A stretch of DNA of 64,000 bases from contig NC_081331.1 in the NCBI RefSeq assembly GCF_022539665.2, positions 1,550,001 through 1,614,000 of the forward strand, given 5' to 3'. Shown here in pieces: positions 61,114 to 64,000 of the stretch (position 1 is the first letter of the stretch; each line of letters begins with the position of its first letter). Position numbers and translations under genes: made by a program. This stretch comes from Daphnia carinata. Its lineage: Eukaryota. Under the pieces are notes generated by a model that was not told the origin of the DNA, made no database searches, and saw only the letters and a list, made by a program, of their open reading frames with translations.

Positions 61114-64000
61114 CCCGTCGCTATTCCTCTCTTATAGGTATAGACGATGGAACTAAAGAGCGATGTGCGCACGATGCCGCCTCGCTTTATATATCCATGT
61201 CATTGCCCTTTTCAACCCAAACTAGTCAAAATAATCATTTCAAAAAGGGAAGAGGCCTGGATGTAAAAATAATTTTTTCTTTAAAAAAAAATTATTAAAA
61301 AGCCAAAAAAATAAAAAATAAACATAAATAAACCTGTATGGCAACGATTGAATCATCCATTGGTCTTTCTTCTCTTACCTAACTTGAAACACCCCCTTAA
61401 ACCTGAAAAAAAAGAAATTAAAAAAAAAAAAAAAAGGAATGAAATAATCATAATAACAGTTCAACACTTATTTCGACAGGAATGCTAATTGAGTTGTTGG
61501 CCGTTTCGAACCCAGGTGTGTCTAAGGGCTTCAAAGGGGGGAATGGAACGGAAAATGTGAAAGTTTTTAAAGGTGAGAATCAGTTTGAAATTGTTTTTTC
61601 CTTTTTACCAAGAAGAGAGGAGGAGCGCACAGCGGAGGATCCCGGTGTGTAACACAGACCAACTGTATATGTAACATCGAGTGAGAGAGAAAGAGAGCCA
61701 GGAGGGGTCATCTCTTTTGGTTATTCTTTCTTGTTACCTTGTAGTTAAGACAAGTCTTTTGACGCGGGCGGCAACAGCTTTTGTGTCTGCTGTTACGACC
61801 CCCGTATACGCGCACAAAAAGAGCTTGCCTGATTGAAAAGAACACAAGGTTTTCCCTTTTTTTTTTCTTTTGTTGTGTGGGCCCCCCGACTACTCGACTT
61901 GAAAGAGTCTCCCAACATTTTCTTAGTAAATCTTTTCGCCTCTGCCTTTTTCTGTTACTTTCTGACCAGTCTTTGATTGAATTGTTGTAAAAACATTTTT
62001 TTTTGTCTTCCCTCTTCAATCTCCTCGTTTTTAAAATATTCTTTTATTGGCCCCCTTGTTTTGTTCTTCTTGGCCAACAACAGCACCGCCTCAAATCAAT
62101 TGGAGTCGCTGCAGTTGGTTGCCTGCCGCCGCCGCTATACAGTCATCTCGACCGATGATGGATCATCTTTTCTTTTTTAACGTACAGAGAGACAAGAGAC
62201 GCGAGCCCCAAATCCGTTTCGGTCGCTATTATTACATACAATATGTAGACAGTACGAGGCGTTTAAACTGCGTGACGAGTTTGCCGCCTACAATAAACGC
62301 CGACGTCGCCGCCGCCGCCGCCAGCCACCAACATTTCAATGTTCCAACAATATAATGTGCGTTACATTCCGCCTAACTTTTCTCTCACGTCGGTCTACAT
62401 TTCTACTTATAGCGCCTTCGAATCAAAGCAAAAGCAGGGCAGCAGTCCCGGTTAACCGATGAACGATAGACGTATGAGGTACGCCATGGAATTCTACGGG
62501 TCGCCAATCACGCTCGCCCTTTTCTTTTGTTCTTGTGGGTTCGATTCTTTTGATACGCTCTTTTTTTCTACTTCCCACTGCTCTACACGACGGTGTATAT
62601 TACTCGGTCGGTAGCGGAGAGGAATGTACAAGATGTCATTTCAGGGTTCTCTAGAAACTGAGCTCACTGTTGGTCTTGAAAATAGATAAGAAAAAAAAAA
62701 GGATCCACGGGGTAGAATGAAACGGTTCTATTATAATTAATGGCGGCGTCGAAAAAAGAAATTCTTTTTTTTTGCTTCTCTTTTGGATTTCTTTTGATTC
62801 GAAATAAAAACGGACGAGTCAAAGAGAGAAGAATGAAAGAGAAACATCCAGTGTGCCTGCATAGTCTTTTTTATCCGTCTAAATGTCCCTGAATATAATT
62901 TCAATTCACTGGCAATTTTCTCGTAATGGACAGCATTGGCTATATAATGTTTGATGAATAGCTATTCCACTATGTATATATGTATGTCTGTAGGACAGGC
63001 TCGTGAATGAGTTAATAACGTTTGAGTTGTAGCCCATCTCGTCCTCTCTTGTGAGTCTTTAATATTTCACGGTAACGTGTATAACTACGCGTGCACTGTC
63101 CTATCCTTTATGCATACAAGTTTGTACATTTGAGCCTGAAACGATTTATGAATACCTTGTTTTCCCAAAATGGAATACGTCGAAATTATTTTGTTATTAT
63201 TATTACTCTAGATGTAGATGGCCCTTACTGTATTCTTCATTCTTTCCCTTCAAAGACATACATTCCTTTTTCTCTTCCTGTTATTCTATTAACAATTTGA
63301 ATGATTATTCTTTCGAAAAAGAAGGAATTGAGAAATGTTTTTGTACTCGCAATCTCTCGGTTGAAATGCTGGTTATTCATTCTCTGTAGAACTAAATATC
63401 GCGATGTATTTTTCTATAGAACTTCATTTTCTCTGGTCATTCCATTCTCATTTTCTAGTTGTGTAACGAATTTGTAGACGCTAAATATATTTATTTAAAA
63501 AATTGCAGTGTGCGATGAGCTTTCACCGATGGTGTTCATATGCGAGTTGGACGCCAAGGAGAATAGAACACGCAATATGTAATGCAAGGCCCGTGTGTGT
63601 CTAGCGTATTTAATAATAATAGCAGTTCATACTGCAGCGTTCCACGAACAAGAGGAAAAGGATGATGAAGTCATCTGCAGTGTGGTGCCCGCTCGGATAT
63701 CTCATTAAAGGAATTAATGAAGTTGTTAGAAATGGTTTCGCATGAAAACCGCTGATTAAAAAAAATTAAAAGAGAAAAACGAAAAAGAAAAGGAGACGAA
63801 AAACGCCGGAGAATGGGAAAAGAAAAAAAAAACATTTTGATGATCATAAAACAGTTGAGGCGAGTGCGCCAGCTGCGTATAGTTTCATGGAGGCTCAACA
63901 TTGTAATTATAGCCCATGTTTCTCTTCTCTTTTCTTCTTGTTCTTTTTTGTTTTGTAATTAATTCCGTAAACCGGTAAATTAATTCATTCTTTCATTTTT

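Overview
This is eukaryotic, intron-rich, AT-rich genomic DNA with many 55-100 nt GT-AG introns, poly(A/T) tracts and CA microsatellites. The gene content and intron sizes point to an arthropod, most likely a Daphnia-like branchiopod crustacean (inference). I rebuilt 13 protein-coding genes by hand from splice sites: uridine phosphorylase (two alternative first coding exons), a small secreted ChtBD2 chitin-binding protein, ketohexokinase, a LAPTM/DUF4728-like 4-TM protein, FBF1-like, meteorin-like, TMEM130-like, mRpL12, a secreted two-CUB protein, a solitary replication-type histone H4, and three tandem R&R cuticular protein genes, one of which has a 1-nt frameshift. About 13.4-20.5 kb, 25-45 kb and 59-64 kb show no recognisable coding sequence. 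The most interesting signal is the cuticle cluster. All three genes look like modular polyproteins cut at R-x-K-R sites always followed by Gln, releasing a repeated ~40-aa module and a DxNxDG calcium-loop-like module, and they share a promoter motif grammar. A near-perfect RFX X-box, a cluster of E-boxes and a cluster of Su(H) sites lie in the gene desert upstream of meteorin-like. Family assignments come from recalled motifs, not database searches.
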